Source: Balanoglossus misakiensis
Taxonomy: Eukaryota; Animalia; Hemichordata
DNA: 64,000 bases
Assembly (NCBI GenBank): GCA_040954595.2
Contig: CM082598.2
Span: 4,283,837 to 4,347,836 of the forward strand
Direction of reading: 5' to 3'
In this document: piece after piece, positions 1 to 13,127 of the stretch
Layout: the number at the start of each line of letters is the position of its first letter
How positions within the stretch are numbered: position 1 is the stretch's first letter
Translations under genes and position numbers: made by a program
The notes under the pieces: generated by a model
The model's database searches: none
Told to the model about the DNA's origin: nothing
The model's input: the letters and a program-made list of their open reading frames with translations, nothing else

Positions 1-425
1 ATTTTGCAAAGATGAATTTTCATCTTATTTGTTATACATTTCACAATATCAACCACACTGATCTCAAAAATTGTCACATCATTTTATTTTTGCGTTTTTC
101 AGACGGATGCATTCACAAAAATTTATCAGTTGCGAAAATTTCCCAATTTACATCACTGTACTGCTAATAGTGCTTAGCATATAACAATGCAAATCCAGAA
201 TTTATGAAAAGGATAGGATATACATCAATCAAATTAGCCATTTTCGAGCTGTCCTTATCAAGCCAAGAACCAGACAACAGTCATACACTTATAAACAGAG
301 AGACAGACAGACAAACAGACAGACAACAGACAGAAACATTGGTGCAGTATAAGTTGACCAAGGAAGCTAAATATGCCTAATACTAGTATTAAGACAAAAA
401 GGAGATTTCAAAATTCAATACATAC

Positions 426-3400
426 TGTATCCGTTGAAAGGCTAGCATCACAGAAGGAACAATATCTCCTTTTCTGACCAAGTTCGTCTTCTTCGACCAC
501 TTTTTCACATTGGCTCTGCAAAGACACATGAGGAATCAACTCGTGTGGTCCAAACTGAGACCTACTGCACCAACTCACATAGCCAGCAAGTGATGAGTGG
601 GCAATTTTTGCTAAATTGATATTTTAACAAAGCAGAAATGTCCAAAAATTGGTCAAATTCAGCGCAGTAATTTGACAGAAAGCCCAACTCCAGTAATCTG
701 CTAAATATTAAATAATTTAGAATGAATGAACTAGAGAACCTCGTACTACAAACCGTGCCTTCACGATTGATATGGAGTACTATGGCCCACACGACCGCAC
801 ATTGAAAAATCACTACATATACAGATTACAAATGATTTGGCAATAACATTTTCTGACTACTTACACCTTGCTCAAAAGCACGGTCTCGTTCTGACGGTTT
901 GCAGAGGTCGTCAATGATCTTACGGAAATGGCCGATACGTTCATATATATCAAACCAAGCTTCGTGCGTTCTCATCTCCATGTGATCTTCAATCTATAAA
1001 ACAATCATTAAATAGACTGATTGGTTGATGCAGTGATTTATTCATTCATCCTGTATGTAAATACGGTCAAAAACGCACATTTTAAACAATATTTTGGTTA
1101 TTATAACCAATAAATTCATTGTGAGGTATGAATATATGAAAGTAATGGCAGAAACTCGGTAATTTCTCCAGACAAAAGAGAGAAAAAAAATCCACCATGA
1201 CTAGTATATTTATTAATACTTACTGGATTCAGTATGGGTATACAACAAAGCAAGCAAAACTTCTCATGATGCAGTTTTGACAATCTCTCTTCAAATGCAA
1301 ATGATAGTATTTCCTGTTTAAACAATAAAAAAGATAGCTGAGAAAAATGTATGTATGTATGTATGTATGTATGTACGTACATGTACATACATATTCCAAG
1401 TAGTGAAAATAGCAATGTGTGACAATGAAAATATTATACAGACAGACTTAAAATGAAAGCAAATAGTTCAACTTAAATTAGCTTTCCGGAAAGTAATAAT
1501 TTTCACAAGCTATTAACAGTAAGGACTTGATCGTGACGTACCTGCACATTTATCTCGTCAAGAATTTTTTGATATTGATCACTGTTCTGTAATTGAAGAG
1601 AGAAACATATTTGACCTCATCATATGACATCATATTACAAGCATTAATCTAATGAGTTTGTGGTGTTCTGAAGTGATGCCCAATGTGTCCTTAGATGTGT
1701 CCTTATAGTATAACGTTATTCACAAATGTGACAACCCACAGCAAATCTATTTTCTTGTGTAAAGGTTTATTAATGCAATTTCATGGCAAAAATTTTTGTA
1801 AAGAGCCCTCTACAGATGCCACACCCATTTATTCAACAAACCATTGAAAAAGTTCACAACTGTCGTGGCATCTGCACATGGGTTTATAAAATCCCAACAA
1901 AGTCAAAATAGTGCCATTTGTCAACTTTCGGATAAAGTATTTTATTGATTTAAAAAATATTGTAAAATTGGCAGCTATTGAGACTTAAAGGTATACGGTC
2001 ACTTCCAATTTAGATACGCCCATATTTGGCTGAAATGGCGTATTTTAGCGTTCTAAAGAACATATTGTGGCGCACTTTTTTTCGCCTGTGCCACCTACTG
2101 AAAATCTGTGATTGGCTAGATTTCAATTCGCCATGGTAACTATAGCTAATTTTCCATAGGTGACCGTATACCTTTAATCTTTATAAAAACACAGGGATGA
2201 TATGGTCAACATGAAAGACAATACATACTGAAGAACGCCCGCTTGTTGACTTTTGTTTCAATTGTTCCTCTTTAGACCTCGTTAATATGAACGCGATGAG
2301 AAATTTGAGCGAGTTCGCCATGGCAACCAGAAATGCCTGAATCTTGTGATGTCTTGCACAATTCTGATGAGCTTCGTAATTCTTGAAGACATAGAATGAA
2401 ACAGGAAAATATTTTTAAAATACCAATAAAATTATCATATGATTCAAAATACAGTGAGTTGGTGACGCCATGTAATATAACTCACGCCAATAATGTAATA
2501 TAAAGAACTAGTCACAGTTTCTTACCATTTCTGTTCCGAGTTTCAACTTACAGATATAACACAGCCAATCGTTGCTCTCAGTAGCTGTAAAGTCTATTCG
2601 CTTTTTGTATTCCTGTAAACAACAGAAATAGACTTAACAACAACAACAAAATACGAAACAAAACATATGAAACAAAGATGTGGTTATACTTATTTTATAT
2701 CCTGAATCTCAAGAAGTGAACCAGAATATTGTCTTATCATGATGAACTGGTAACAAAAAATTCAAAATGGGGGTGTCCATCGGCTAAGTTTACAGAGAAG
2801 AGTGAAACATATGTTAAAAGTGACAGCTTGTGGGGATTTAATAAAGCCAAGCAAACCATACCATTAAGAGATCTTGTAAGCCTTTCATTTGTCCAGACTC
2901 CACACTTTGTTTGATCTTCACAACCATGTCACTTGCTTCCATCATCAGAAAATGCTTGCTGCCCATCATGTGCTGTTTAATATTCTGGTGAAGATAATTT
3001 ATGAAAATGACAGAATTGAAATATAGAACATCTGTGGTCTGCCCAAAAGGGCTTATGTTATAAAAGAGGTCAATTTATCGGTCGGAGTGAAATTCCAGAC
3101 ATGCTGAACTGGCATTTGTGTCCAGAAGATATGCGCATGTACCACTTGATTTTAGTTAAAGTGTAAGTTAAATTGTGTTTATAATAACTGACATTAGAGC
3201 TTGTGTTCAGAAGGTATGTGCATGTACCACTTGACTGTAAGTAAGTGTTAGTTAATTTGTGTTTATAAGAACTGACATTAGAGCTTGTGTCCAGAAGGTA
3301 TGTACCACTTGACTATAAGTAACAGTAAGTTCATTTGTATTTTCTTTTTGACAACTTTAATTTCATGTATTTTTTATTTCACATTCACACACTGTACAAG

Positions 3401-6400
3401 TTTGTGCTCTGTGATGAATTGAGATCATGGTGTATGAAGATCATATACTTGTCTTGTCTGACTTCCACAGTAACACATGCCCTATTATGTTAACGAAAGG
3501 AGCTCTGAGTTACAGGCAGTACTTACCACGTCTGTAGCAAAACTGAGATCACACACAGCACATCCAGCCATACCGGACTGGCTTTGCACTGCAGAATTCA
3601 CAGATGTGAGCTTTGTCTCAATTGTTTCCTGTTGAAGAAAGAAGAATGTTGTTACTACAATAGAAAATGAAAGTCTTCATATCAACATGTATGACTGCTA
3701 TTGCTAATGACAGCACAGTTTTCAACAACATTGTTATTTTTGACACTTGTGCGCGCTTCTAAATGTCACAGTGATAATCACATTAACATATTTCCGGAGC
3801 AGAATTATTGTTAAGTGGCAAATGAATCTACTTAAATACCGGTACTTACAGCTTGACTCAAAGTTTCTGTCGTCTTCAGAGGATCCCGGAAGTCTTCAAC
3901 GATTTTCATGAGAACAGAGAGAGCCTCCACCATTGGTAGATTCTGTTTGTGCTTCCTGGTGGCAACATGGTCAGACTATCAAGAGAGAGAGAGAGAGAGA
4001 GAGAGAGCATGACTACTTCACAGCAACCATTTTCTCGTTTTGAGAGTGATGCTATGAATAAGAACAAGCATGTGAAATTTGCCTCTTCCTGTAGGATTTC
4101 ATTTAGTATGAATGATTAGACACCATTTTGCACAATTTTAGGAGCCAACAAAATGTGAAACTGTTACAAAGTTGAGCTCAACTGAAGAAAATTTTTACAG
4201 TCAACATCTGAAATAATATGAAAAAATGGCCTAATGCAGAACTCATAATATTAGGGGAATACTCACACCAGGTGATATGACGAAACAGCATATCATGCAG
4301 TAGTTATTACTGATAACCTTGTCTAATCTTTCACCTACAGTGAGACCCGCTAGTTCCTGTGAAAAGACAAGAATTAAATGGGAATGATCATTATGCCTAT
4401 GTGCCAAACCAGAGACTCTGGTTACAAAATATTGTACACAGTCAATGCTTGTGTAGCTCAATCCAATTTCATTGTAGTTCTATGTGCAAATTCCTTTATT
4501 TGAGGGGGGGGGGGGGGAGATGTCCATCTAACTTACTGCTTGCTTCGTTTTGAGTACTTCCGCACCTACAGCAGATGTGGAAGACTTCTGCTTTGTGATG
4601 GGTATCAGAGCTTCTTGTATACCTGGAATTTTTGGCCCCTACATGAGTAAACACATAAATAAGTAAACAAATACAAAAACAAAAACAAAAAAATAAATAA
4701 AACCAAATTCAACAGTGGCATTGCTGATTAGTAAAATTAATTGAATCATCCTTTCTTGTGGTCTTCGAAATAACAGTTAACGAACTTACCTCTACCTCTG
4801 TCACTCTTGCCTTGTGTTTATTACCATTCATGTGCATCTCAAAATTCTGCAATGGAAGAAATTATCAACACCAGTCAGAGAGCAGGAATCAAAGCCAATG
4901 GGAGGGAGGGAGGGGAGGGATAAATAGATTGGGGGAGAGATAGTGGGGGGTAGATGGTGAGTGATCATAGAGAGGTTGGGAGAAGAGAGACAACAGAGGA
5001 TTGGAGAGGGGGAAGTAAGAAGGAGGGAAGGTAAAGAGAATGGAAGAAAGGGTGAGAGAGGGGAGATAGAGAGACAAATAGAGAGGGTGGGAGAGAGAGG
5101 GTAGGCATGGAAGAGGAGATGAATTGACCACGCCACTGGAAAACAATGATGAACCAAAAGGATATCAAAACACTGAAACTGAAACCATGACAGTGGATAC
5201 CAAATCGATCACTTACCTTTACCCCTGGACACACCACATCGCACAGAGTGCATTTCAAAATGTTCTTGTTGTTAGGTTTTGCCTGGAACACAAATAAACA
5301 CAACAGATAAACATGCCATAACAGAACCTTGGCAATGATCCGACCTCGCTGGTAAATAACAGCAAAGTTGTCTTAAATACTGAGAGCTGACAGCTACAAA
5401 TACTGTAAAACACTTTATTTTCGCGAGTTGAAATTTTTGCGATATCGAGAAAGGCCACTGTTTCGCAAGTATTAATTTTTGTGTTCTCTTATTTCATTCA
5501 CTGCATCGTTCTCTTTAAAAAAAAATTACGCGACTTTTTATTTTCACGCTATTTTGGCTCTTGCGTATTTTGCGAAAATTTATTGCTCGCGAAAATAAAG
5601 TGTTTTACAGTAAACGATGGAAGGCAAGACCAGACACTGTACTTACTAGTGCAGTAACATCAAAACCTCTAGTTAAGGTATCTGTGTACACTGACTTCAG
5701 CTTTTGAAGAGTTTCCAATTGTTCTGCATGTCGAATTCCATTTAGATGTGTCTCTAGTACCTGAAAAATAATGTTTTATTATGTTGTTATAGGAGAAATG
5801 TGCTAAATAGCAGAAGCCAAAGCTATACTGTAAAACAGGTTATTTTGGCGACAGAAAATTTTTGCGATATCAAAAGAGGCAACTGTTACGCGAGGATTAA
5901 TTTTCGCGTTCTCGTGTTTCGCTGCATTGTAATCTCCAAAAAAAACAACAACACATTTTTATGAGACTTTTTATTTTCACGTTTTCTTGGCTCTCACGTA
6001 TTTTGCGAAAAATTTATTGCTCGCGACAACAATCCATTTTACAGTAGTTGACACACAACAGATGGATCATATCTGTGGGCATTATACTCCACTAGGAGAG
6101 GCATGGCTAAGAAAGTTAACAAAAAAAAAACAGGTAAACATTTTTGAAATACCAATAAAATTATGAAACCACTAAAGGCCAGACTGGCCCATATGTAACA
6201 CCTACCCAGAGAGAATTATAAAGACTCACCTTAACACTTGTGCAGTTCGTATCGCACACCAAACAGACGAGTTGATCGCTTTTGGTTCTGTACACGACAT
6301 ATCTCAAAATATCTTCAAGCTGTGTCTGCAAAGTGAACATAGCAGCTTGTTGTAAGAATACTAGTACATTTTTTTTTCAGAATTGTGTTTGCTACGGATG

Positions 6401-9400
6401 AAATATATATTAAATGAATATAATTTTAGGAGTGTAAAAAAATAAGTTATCTTGCGACAAAAATGGTAATTTAACTCACAGGCTTTTCTTCAAACATGGG
6501 ATATTTCTCATTGAGACTCGCTCTTTCGACTAGAACCTTGTGTCGTTTTCCAATTTTATGCTGCAAATATGCCTGTGAAAAAATGAGGGGAAAAGGTTAA
6601 AAAAACTCTCACTAGAAAATAATTTGCAATCAATTTTAATTGCATGGGAACTACTGTAAAACACTTTATTTTCACGCATTAAATTTTTCGCGATATCGAG
6701 AGAGACCACTGTTTCGCGAGTATTAATTTTCGCGTCCTCTTATTTCATTCACTGCATGGTTATCTTCAAAAACAATTTACGCGACTTTTTATTTTCACGC
6801 TATTTTGGCTCTCGCGTATTTGGCGAAAATTAATTGCTCGTGAAAATAAAGTGTTTTACAGTATAACTAACATGGCGTCCTCCAGACAGAGACGTACCGC
6901 TTCATTGGTCAACGAGATACCGCAAACCTTGCATTCTTTTGGATGATCTTTGTACTGAAAGAGAGACAACGTCTTTTCCTTTTTGGCAGCGTCTGTGACT
7001 TGCTTCTCAGCGGCCTTCTGCACTTGAGCCTTGTGCTTTTTCCCGGCCAGATGCGATTTGAATGCCTGTGATATCAGAAGAAAGAGTAAGGTTTGACACC
7101 ACAATTAAAGGGACAAAGCCTCTCTCTCGCTGCCCTTTTTCCATTACTTATGTTATTCTACATGTGGATATATAGTGAATCAACGTTCGACCACACACAA
7201 CTTCCATCCAACTTGTAGACACGAGAGTGAAAAAAAACGCCAAAATGAACAATCAGTCTCTACCATTTATTCATTTTGGCAGGATTTTTACTCTCATATC
7301 CTACAAACGGGATGGAAGTTGTTTGTGGTTGAATGTTGATTCACCGTATACCCACATGTATAAGCAGTGTCTTCTATCAAACGTAACTAATGGAAAAAGG
7401 GTAGCGAGAGAGAGACTTTGTCCTTTTAAGTCATAAAAGTATACATTGTCATGTCCATATACCAGGTGTGAGGTGACCCGTGACAATCAGTAATTAAGCA
7501 TATTTCAGGATTGAGCTGAATAACACAGAGAAGACCTAACCTCTACAGAATTGACCATCACACTGCAAACTTCACATTCTCTGGAGTATTCCTCAGACTT
7601 CTTCTTGACCTTTGTAGGTTTCTGTTCTTGTTTCACTTTCAGTATCTGCGATGCCATCAGTATGCTCTCTGATGTTGGAGGGACAAAGACGTCCATCAGT
7701 TCCGGGAGCTTGGCCGGTTTGGTTGGTAACGACAACTGGCTCTGGCCACCTGACACCTACAATAACATATAAATACAGGGAAACCTGTCATTATGGACAC
7801 CTCTCTAATCAAGACATGCACCTCCCTGTTAAAGAGACAAAGCCTCTCTCTCGCTGCCCTTTCCCCATTAATTATGTTTGATACAAGACACTGTTTATGT
7901 TTATGTACATGTGGATATATAGTGAATCAACGTTCAACCACACACAGCTTCCATCCCGCTTGTAGACAGGAGAGTGACAAAAACTCGCCAAAATGAATAA
8001 TCGTTCTCTACCATTTATTCATTTTGGGCGATATGAAGGATATCCAAGACCATGAAAAACATCCAATCAAACAGAAGAATTGGTCAACTAGCCAAGACTG
8101 ACCAGACACCAGGCTTTGGCCAGCTACAGAGAGATTGACCGCAATCGGGCAGTGCAAGGCTGGTCAACCAGTGCACTGGGAGGGTAATGGCTGATGAGAA
8201 AGTTTGATTGGCAGAACACCATGCTTTAAGACGGTTTGACCATAGGGTGGTACATAATACTTACCCTGTCCCACCTAATTGTTAGTTTTTCACTGTTAAG
8301 TGGTGAATTACAGTTGCAGAAATCTGTCTGCACTGCGCAATGTATTTGGCCAGCATCAATTTGTAACTATGTCAACAAATTGGAAAATGGGATGGTTAAT
8401 ATCAAAGCCCCATTAACAAATGGGTGTCAGTATGAACTAACAATATAAAAAAGAATTATTCATACCATGTCTGTACTCTTCCTCGCGGCCTCACCGTCTT
8501 TTAAAGTGACATTAAACCCTGTCCGGTTGTCTTGAAGATGGACCGGGCCTTGTCTAAGTGTTCCAGCACCTGGATTCATCATCTCATGCCCGATGCCCTT
8601 TTGGTCAAGTGAAGTCATCGGCTGGTAGGCATTGCTATATCCTTGCATCTGTCCTTTTCCAGGTACGGTCAGCTGTGTGCTGTGTTGATTTTTTGACATG
8701 CCTCTGATAATCTCTTGCTGTCTTTGTGCCAAGTAGCTGAACTCAACTGCCGATGGATCGCCTGATGAAACTGGAACGTGACTTTGTGGGGTTTGGGTGT
8801 ACGGTGGTTGATTTCCTGCATCTCTACTGAAGGTTCCTAAGTAAGGACCGCTAAGTCGAGACGGTTGAACTCCTTCAGGGGACGTAATTGCGATCTGGCT
8901 CAACCTGTTGCCAGCTGTACCAGAGAGACCTACATCAGAGGTACTGACACCTGCCATTGGCCAACTCAAGCCACTTGAGGCTGAGTTGAGCGAATCAGAC
9001 CTTGGGATACTACCTGAACTGACGTTTAGACCCTTCGCAGGCGGTTCATCTTGACCGCCGTAAACCACTCCTTCCAGACTGCTGATCATGTGGTTCAAAT
9101 TCCGGTACAGGTCTTGATACTTTCTCGCAGTGTCTAGATCCATATTTCCTGCAGTCATGCGCATCTCTAGTATTCTTCTGGTCTCCTTTGCAGACTTGAG
9201 TTTGGCTTCGTCGCTTTCTTCTGATCGCTCTTCACCTGTCCCTTGGTAACCAAGGAGACTAACTCCTCTGGGTTGATCTGCAATATCAAGACTTTGCTGA
9301 GATGTACCAAAGAGCTGCTTTTGAGTCGGACCTCTCGGTTGTGGGTCTTGAACTCTTCCATCGCCTGTCTTCAACGAAGATGATGAAAATGGTATCCCGT

Positions 9401-12400
9401 CATCAAATCCTCTGGGTTTATCAAGACCTCGTTGAGATGTACCAAACAGCTGCTTTTGAGTCTGACCTCTAAGTTGTTGGACTTGATCTCTTCCGTTGCC
9501 TGTCTTCAATGAAGATGATGAAAATGGTATCCCGTCATCAAATCCTCTGGGTTTATCAAGACCTCGTTGAGATGTACCAAACAGCTGCTTTTGAGTCTGA
9601 CCTCTCGGTTGTGGGTCTTGATCTCTTCCGTTGCCTGTCTTCAATGAAGATGATGAAAATGGCATCCCGTCATCAAATCCTCTCCCCGAGTCTGACATGT
9701 AACCTGGGGGCTGCTGTTTGGTTACACTGTGTGGGACGGGATCAGAACCTGCATCAAAGCCTCTCTGCCTTTTGCGCTTTCGCTTTTGCCTGCTTTTCTT
9801 GGCAGGTTCTAAAGAGGAACCTCCCTGAGTTGACGCAAGAGAAAGACTCTTGGATACCTCGACAGGCTCCCTCCTTCCCTCTTGAAAATCAGCTCCGGTG
9901 TCGTGTTCTGCCTCGCTTGTTTGCGCAGTGAATCTGCTCACTCTGCGTAGTGACTGGGCGGGTTGCACTGACAGTTCAGAAGCTGGCCACGAAGGTAAGG
10001 TACCTTCGGATGGCCAAGAAGAGGAGGGACTCTCAGCTGGCCATAAGGGCTGTGATGGATCATGCAGCCGACTGGAAACACCCCTGGATGTAGAGAGAGG
10101 CTTGTGAGAAGATGAGGAACGCTTTGCTTGTTTCTGTGCCTGCAGATCCAGCATGAGACTTGGACTGAATAAACCCTTGCCAGACTTTGACTGGGGAAGG
10201 TTTGAGAAAGACTCTGTCTGTGTTTGTGTAGGAGACCACATTTCAGAGCTGTACTTTTGAGGCTTAGGACTGAATAAAGCTTTGTCGGAATCTGATTGAG
10301 GACGTTTTGAGAAAGACTCTGCCTGTGTTTGGGTGCGTGGCCACATCTCGGAGCTGTACTTTTGAAACTTAGGGCTGAATAAAGCTTTGTCGGAATCTGA
10401 TTGAGGAAGGTTTGAGAAAGACTCTGTCTGTGTTTGTGTGCGTGGCCACATCTCGGAGCTGTACTGTTGGGCCTGAGGACTAGTATATCTGGACACGTGC
10501 CAAGATAGCGGTTTCTCAGAGTCAGAACTCCGCGCCCCGGGAGACAACCATGCCGGTACCTCTTTGGATGCCATGGCCAACCGACTCTGGGGATAGCGGT
10601 CATCAGGAATTGACAGTGGTGATGACCACCGGCTGCCAGTATTCCGCGGTGGCGACGGTTCTCTTTGTTGTTTTTCGTAAGTTTCGTTGAACTGTTGCTG
10701 CATCATGCTCATCAAATGCTGCAACTGATCGGGCGCTAGCTGTTTCCCTTCCCGTTTATTCTTAGCCATGATGTCAATCAGCTGCTGGCCGAAGTCCTTT
10801 GAGAGCTCCTTGACATCTTTGCTGAGAGTCTGAAAACCACCATCAGTACTTTTCATCCCCCTTGTCTTCTCAGCTTCTGACATCTTCCACTGGGGTTTCG
10901 CGATTACATCAGTGGATATTTGGCTTTGCTGGAATCGTCCGATTTTTCTCGACTTTTGCCCGTAGTCTGGTTGCAAATCATGGAAACCCTTCTGTACACG
11001 TACTCCCCTGCTGACGTCTTCAGGTGCGAGGTTCGAATTTTCTGCTGATTTTCTGCCATCAGTACTTTTCATCCCCCTTGTCTTCTCAGCTTCTGACGTC
11101 TTCCACTGGGGTTTCGCGATTACATCGGTGGACATTTGGCTTTGCTGGAATCTTGCGATTTTTCTAGATTTCTGACCGTAGTCTGGTTGCAAATCACGGA
11201 AACCCTCCTGTACATGTACTCCCCTGCTGACGTCTTCAGCTGCGAGGTGCGAATTTTCTGCTGAAGTGTCCCATTTTGTTTTGCGCTTCTTTCGCCTTTC
11301 AACCTCTGCAGACAAGTTTCGAATTTGACTTGAATTCATACTAACGCCACTCCACTGGGCATACATATCTGGAATAACACAAGGCAACAGAGAAAATTAC
11401 AGATTTCAAAAGGTAATGTGTGGCACACTTGATCTGCTATTGATACATGTACACGTACTTATTATACATGCACATGTACTTATAGATTGATGAAAACAGT
11501 CAAACCTCTGACTATATTGGCCAGTCTATGGAGTCAAACTGGACTCTATAGACAGATGGCTTTTATAGACAGGTTGGTTCTTTTAATGCATCTGTTAATT
11601 CCACACAGACTGTAAAAAGTGGCCACTATAGAAAAGATATAGATGATCGGAGGAAATAAGTGAGTGCATACACACAATAACTGTCATTGCTAACAGCTAG
11701 CTGCACACACACTCAGAAGCACACACACAAATGGATGGGGACTTTCGTGTTCCGAGACCCTTCCCATCCCCCCGTTTGCTCGCAACAGAAGAACTGATCA
11801 TTTCCTTAGAATGAACATATCCTTATGGTGTGATCACTTCCTGAGACATATTATTATGATCAGAAAGTGGAAATTTGGTGGGGGTCACCCTGTTTTGGAA
11901 TTGGGTGATGGGGAGGGGGGTAACCTTGCTTTAGAAATACTGAATGAGGGACTAAAATTGCTTTTGAGTAAAAAAAAAATGCAGTTTAGAGCTCTATATA
12001 TTACACCCTATTCATTCGCTAAAGTTTGTGAAAGTTGGCATGGGGGGGGGGGGGGTCACTCACTTTTCAATTTCCAATGGGGGGGGGGGGGGAAGTCGCC
12101 CACTTTTTGATACCCACAAAATAGAATCCACAACCCCCCCCCCCCTCCAGTTGAGGAAACAGACCAGTCCCTGACCCTTACTTCCTAGGATGGGAACAGG
12201 AGATTGTCTTATTTCCGGCTTCTTATTTTAATAGAGGTAAACACTGCCGCATATGAGAGAAACTAGCTGAGCAAAAGTCATTCAAGGAACTTTGCCGAGC
12301 TAATTTTCCTTATGTGCAGTTGTCATTAGTAAATTTCCCCTCTTATGTGCAGCACCCTTTACCCCTTCGCCACAATGGTTTGGTCCCATTGTTTGTTATG

Positions 12401-13127
12401 GTGAGGGTGGGCCTTTTATACAGGGGAACAGGGGTGAAAAGGTTAAAGGTTAAACTCCAAAAAACTGGGCCAATGCTAATTTGGCACTCAAAGGCTGAAA
12501 AAATTGTCTTCTATGTATGAAATGTTCTACCTTTGAAAAATATGTTCATGTTTATTTCTTCATTAAAAGTAAATTTGAACGACATGTAAGCAAATATGCA
12601 CGGCGCATGTGCCTGGTATTGTTCACACACAGGGGGTCCAACCTCGTCCAAGTTCAAACGCAGCCCAACCTCAGTCATGTCAGTGCAACCACGGTGGAGT
12701 GACCGTGGTGCATCTCAGCTCAGCCTCAGTGCATCGACCCGACTCCGAGCCTGGTCTGTTGCACGGCTAAGGACTAGCTCGAGGTTTTGCCTGACAGAGT
12801 GTCGGGACGGCAAAACTACAAAACCATGTCTTGTCTGCAGCTGATTTTGCCGTCAACAGTATACCAGGCAAAACCTCGAGCTACTGTGTTGTTTCTGCGC
12901 TGTAGTCTGCAGCGTACTCCGTATGTCAAGTCAACGATGCGCGACGAACGCCCCCAAAACAAACCTCTACTCACATGTAGAATACTTTGAACGATCTCGA
13001 ATCAATACCCCTATCATTTGTGCATACACCAATATACAGTACCTCTTTCTCCCCTGGCTTGGTCGCCGATTTGCGTCAAAAATTCGGAATACGCATCGTC
13101 GAGAGAAGAACCCCTGGGCGACGCCAT
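426..13127 (-). CDS. Large multi-U1/matrin-type (C-x2-C-x12-H-x5-H) zinc-finger protein, ZNF346/ZNF385/ZFR-like fold; >=20 exons, >=1645 aa, 3' end beyond window start
   Basis: Minus-strand exons joined in frame with GT-AG: 13127-13043 (MASPRGSSLDDAYSEF, aagATGG), 11368-8466, 7756-7541, 7065-6898, 6572-6480, 6325-6230, 5760-5647, 5282-5217, 4846-4790, 4638-4537, 4356-4267, 3975-3850, 3628-3527, 2984-2862, 2612-2526, 2381-2229, 1586-1542, 1313-1224, 993-865, 515-426. Fingers: CEVC/HLAGKKH, CKVC/HKIGKRH, CLVC/HLNGIRH, CTLC/HMNGNKH, CMIC/HVATRKH, CCVC/HMMGSKH, CYIC/HQNCARH, CLLC/HMEMRTH, CSFC/(off window). Orthology not recognised. Confidence 0.85.
1985..2177. mobile_element. Non-autonomous TTAA-flanked DNA element (AGGTATACGGTCAC TIR; Kolobok-like termini)
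   Basis: ttaaaggtatacggtcac ... gtgaccgtatacctttaa; related copies at 37007-37202 (inverted) and 63311-63433 (partial). Confidence 0.75.
3115..3340. repeat. Degenerate ~84-bp tandem repeat, ~3 copies
   Basis: ttgtgt(c/t)cagaagg...tgtaccacttga recurs three times. Confidence 0.7.
4895..5120. repeat. Polypurine (GA-rich) low-complexity tract
   Basis: Nearly pure A/G on the + strand; source of spurious S/P/L-rich ORFs. Confidence 0.8.
5401..5612. mobile_element. TA-flanked MITE, Tc1/mariner-like (family A, TIR CTGTAAAACACTTTATTTTCGCG)
   Basis: tactgtaaaacactttattttcgcgag ... ctcgcgaaaataaagtgttttacagta. Confidence 0.85.
5826..6046. mobile_element. MITE family A, diverged copy
   Basis: tactgtaaaaca...ttttacagta with the same internal sequence as 5401-5612. 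Confidence 0.75.
6652..6863. mobile_element. MITE family A
   Basis: tactgtaaaacactttatttt ... gaaaataaagtgttttacagta. Confidence 0.85.
7105..7429. mobile_element. TTAA-flanked palindromic MITE (family B, AGGGACAAAG TIR; Kolobok-like)
   Basis: ttaaagggacaaagcctctctctcgctgccc ... gggtagcgagagagagactttgtccttttaa; further copies at 7829-8030 (partial) and 16647-17005. Confidence 0.8.
7829..8030. mobile_element. MITE family B, 5' half
   Basis: ttaaagagacaaagcctctctctcgctgccc... near-identical to the start of 7105-7429. Confidence 0.7.
8466..11368 (-). CDS. Giant 2,903-bp coding exon 2 of the zinc-finger gene; S/Q/P/G-rich low-complexity region with internal repeats and basic NLS-like motifs
   Basis: Matches 975-aa ORF 8460..11387; acceptor ttattccag at 11369, donor ATG|gtatga at 8465; RRKKRK and KKSRQKRKRKRQR clusters. 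Confidence 0.85.
12358..12446. mobile_element. piggyBac-like ~90-bp MITE (family C), diverged
   Basis: cccttcgccacaatggtttggtccc...ggggtgaaaaggttaa; homologous to 45977-46069. Confidence 0.65.
12775..12883. mobile_element. 109-bp hairpin element with perfect 19-bp inverted ends (TA-flanked)
   Basis: tagctcgaggttttgcctg (12775-12793) is the reverse complement of caggcaaaacctcgagcta (12865-12883); inner pair gacggcaaaa/ttttgccgtc. Confidence 0.6.

Noticed and set aside
9509-10603. Overlapping ORFs 9509-9931 (+), 9898-10107 (+) and 9938-10603 (-)
   Set aside because: Shadow frames of the repetitive giant exon; no independent splice or domain evidence.
11870-12150. G/C homopolymer runs as functional G-quadruplexes
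   Set aside because: Similar runs recur (4504, 13169, 22900) and look like repeat-associated low complexity; no evidence of function.
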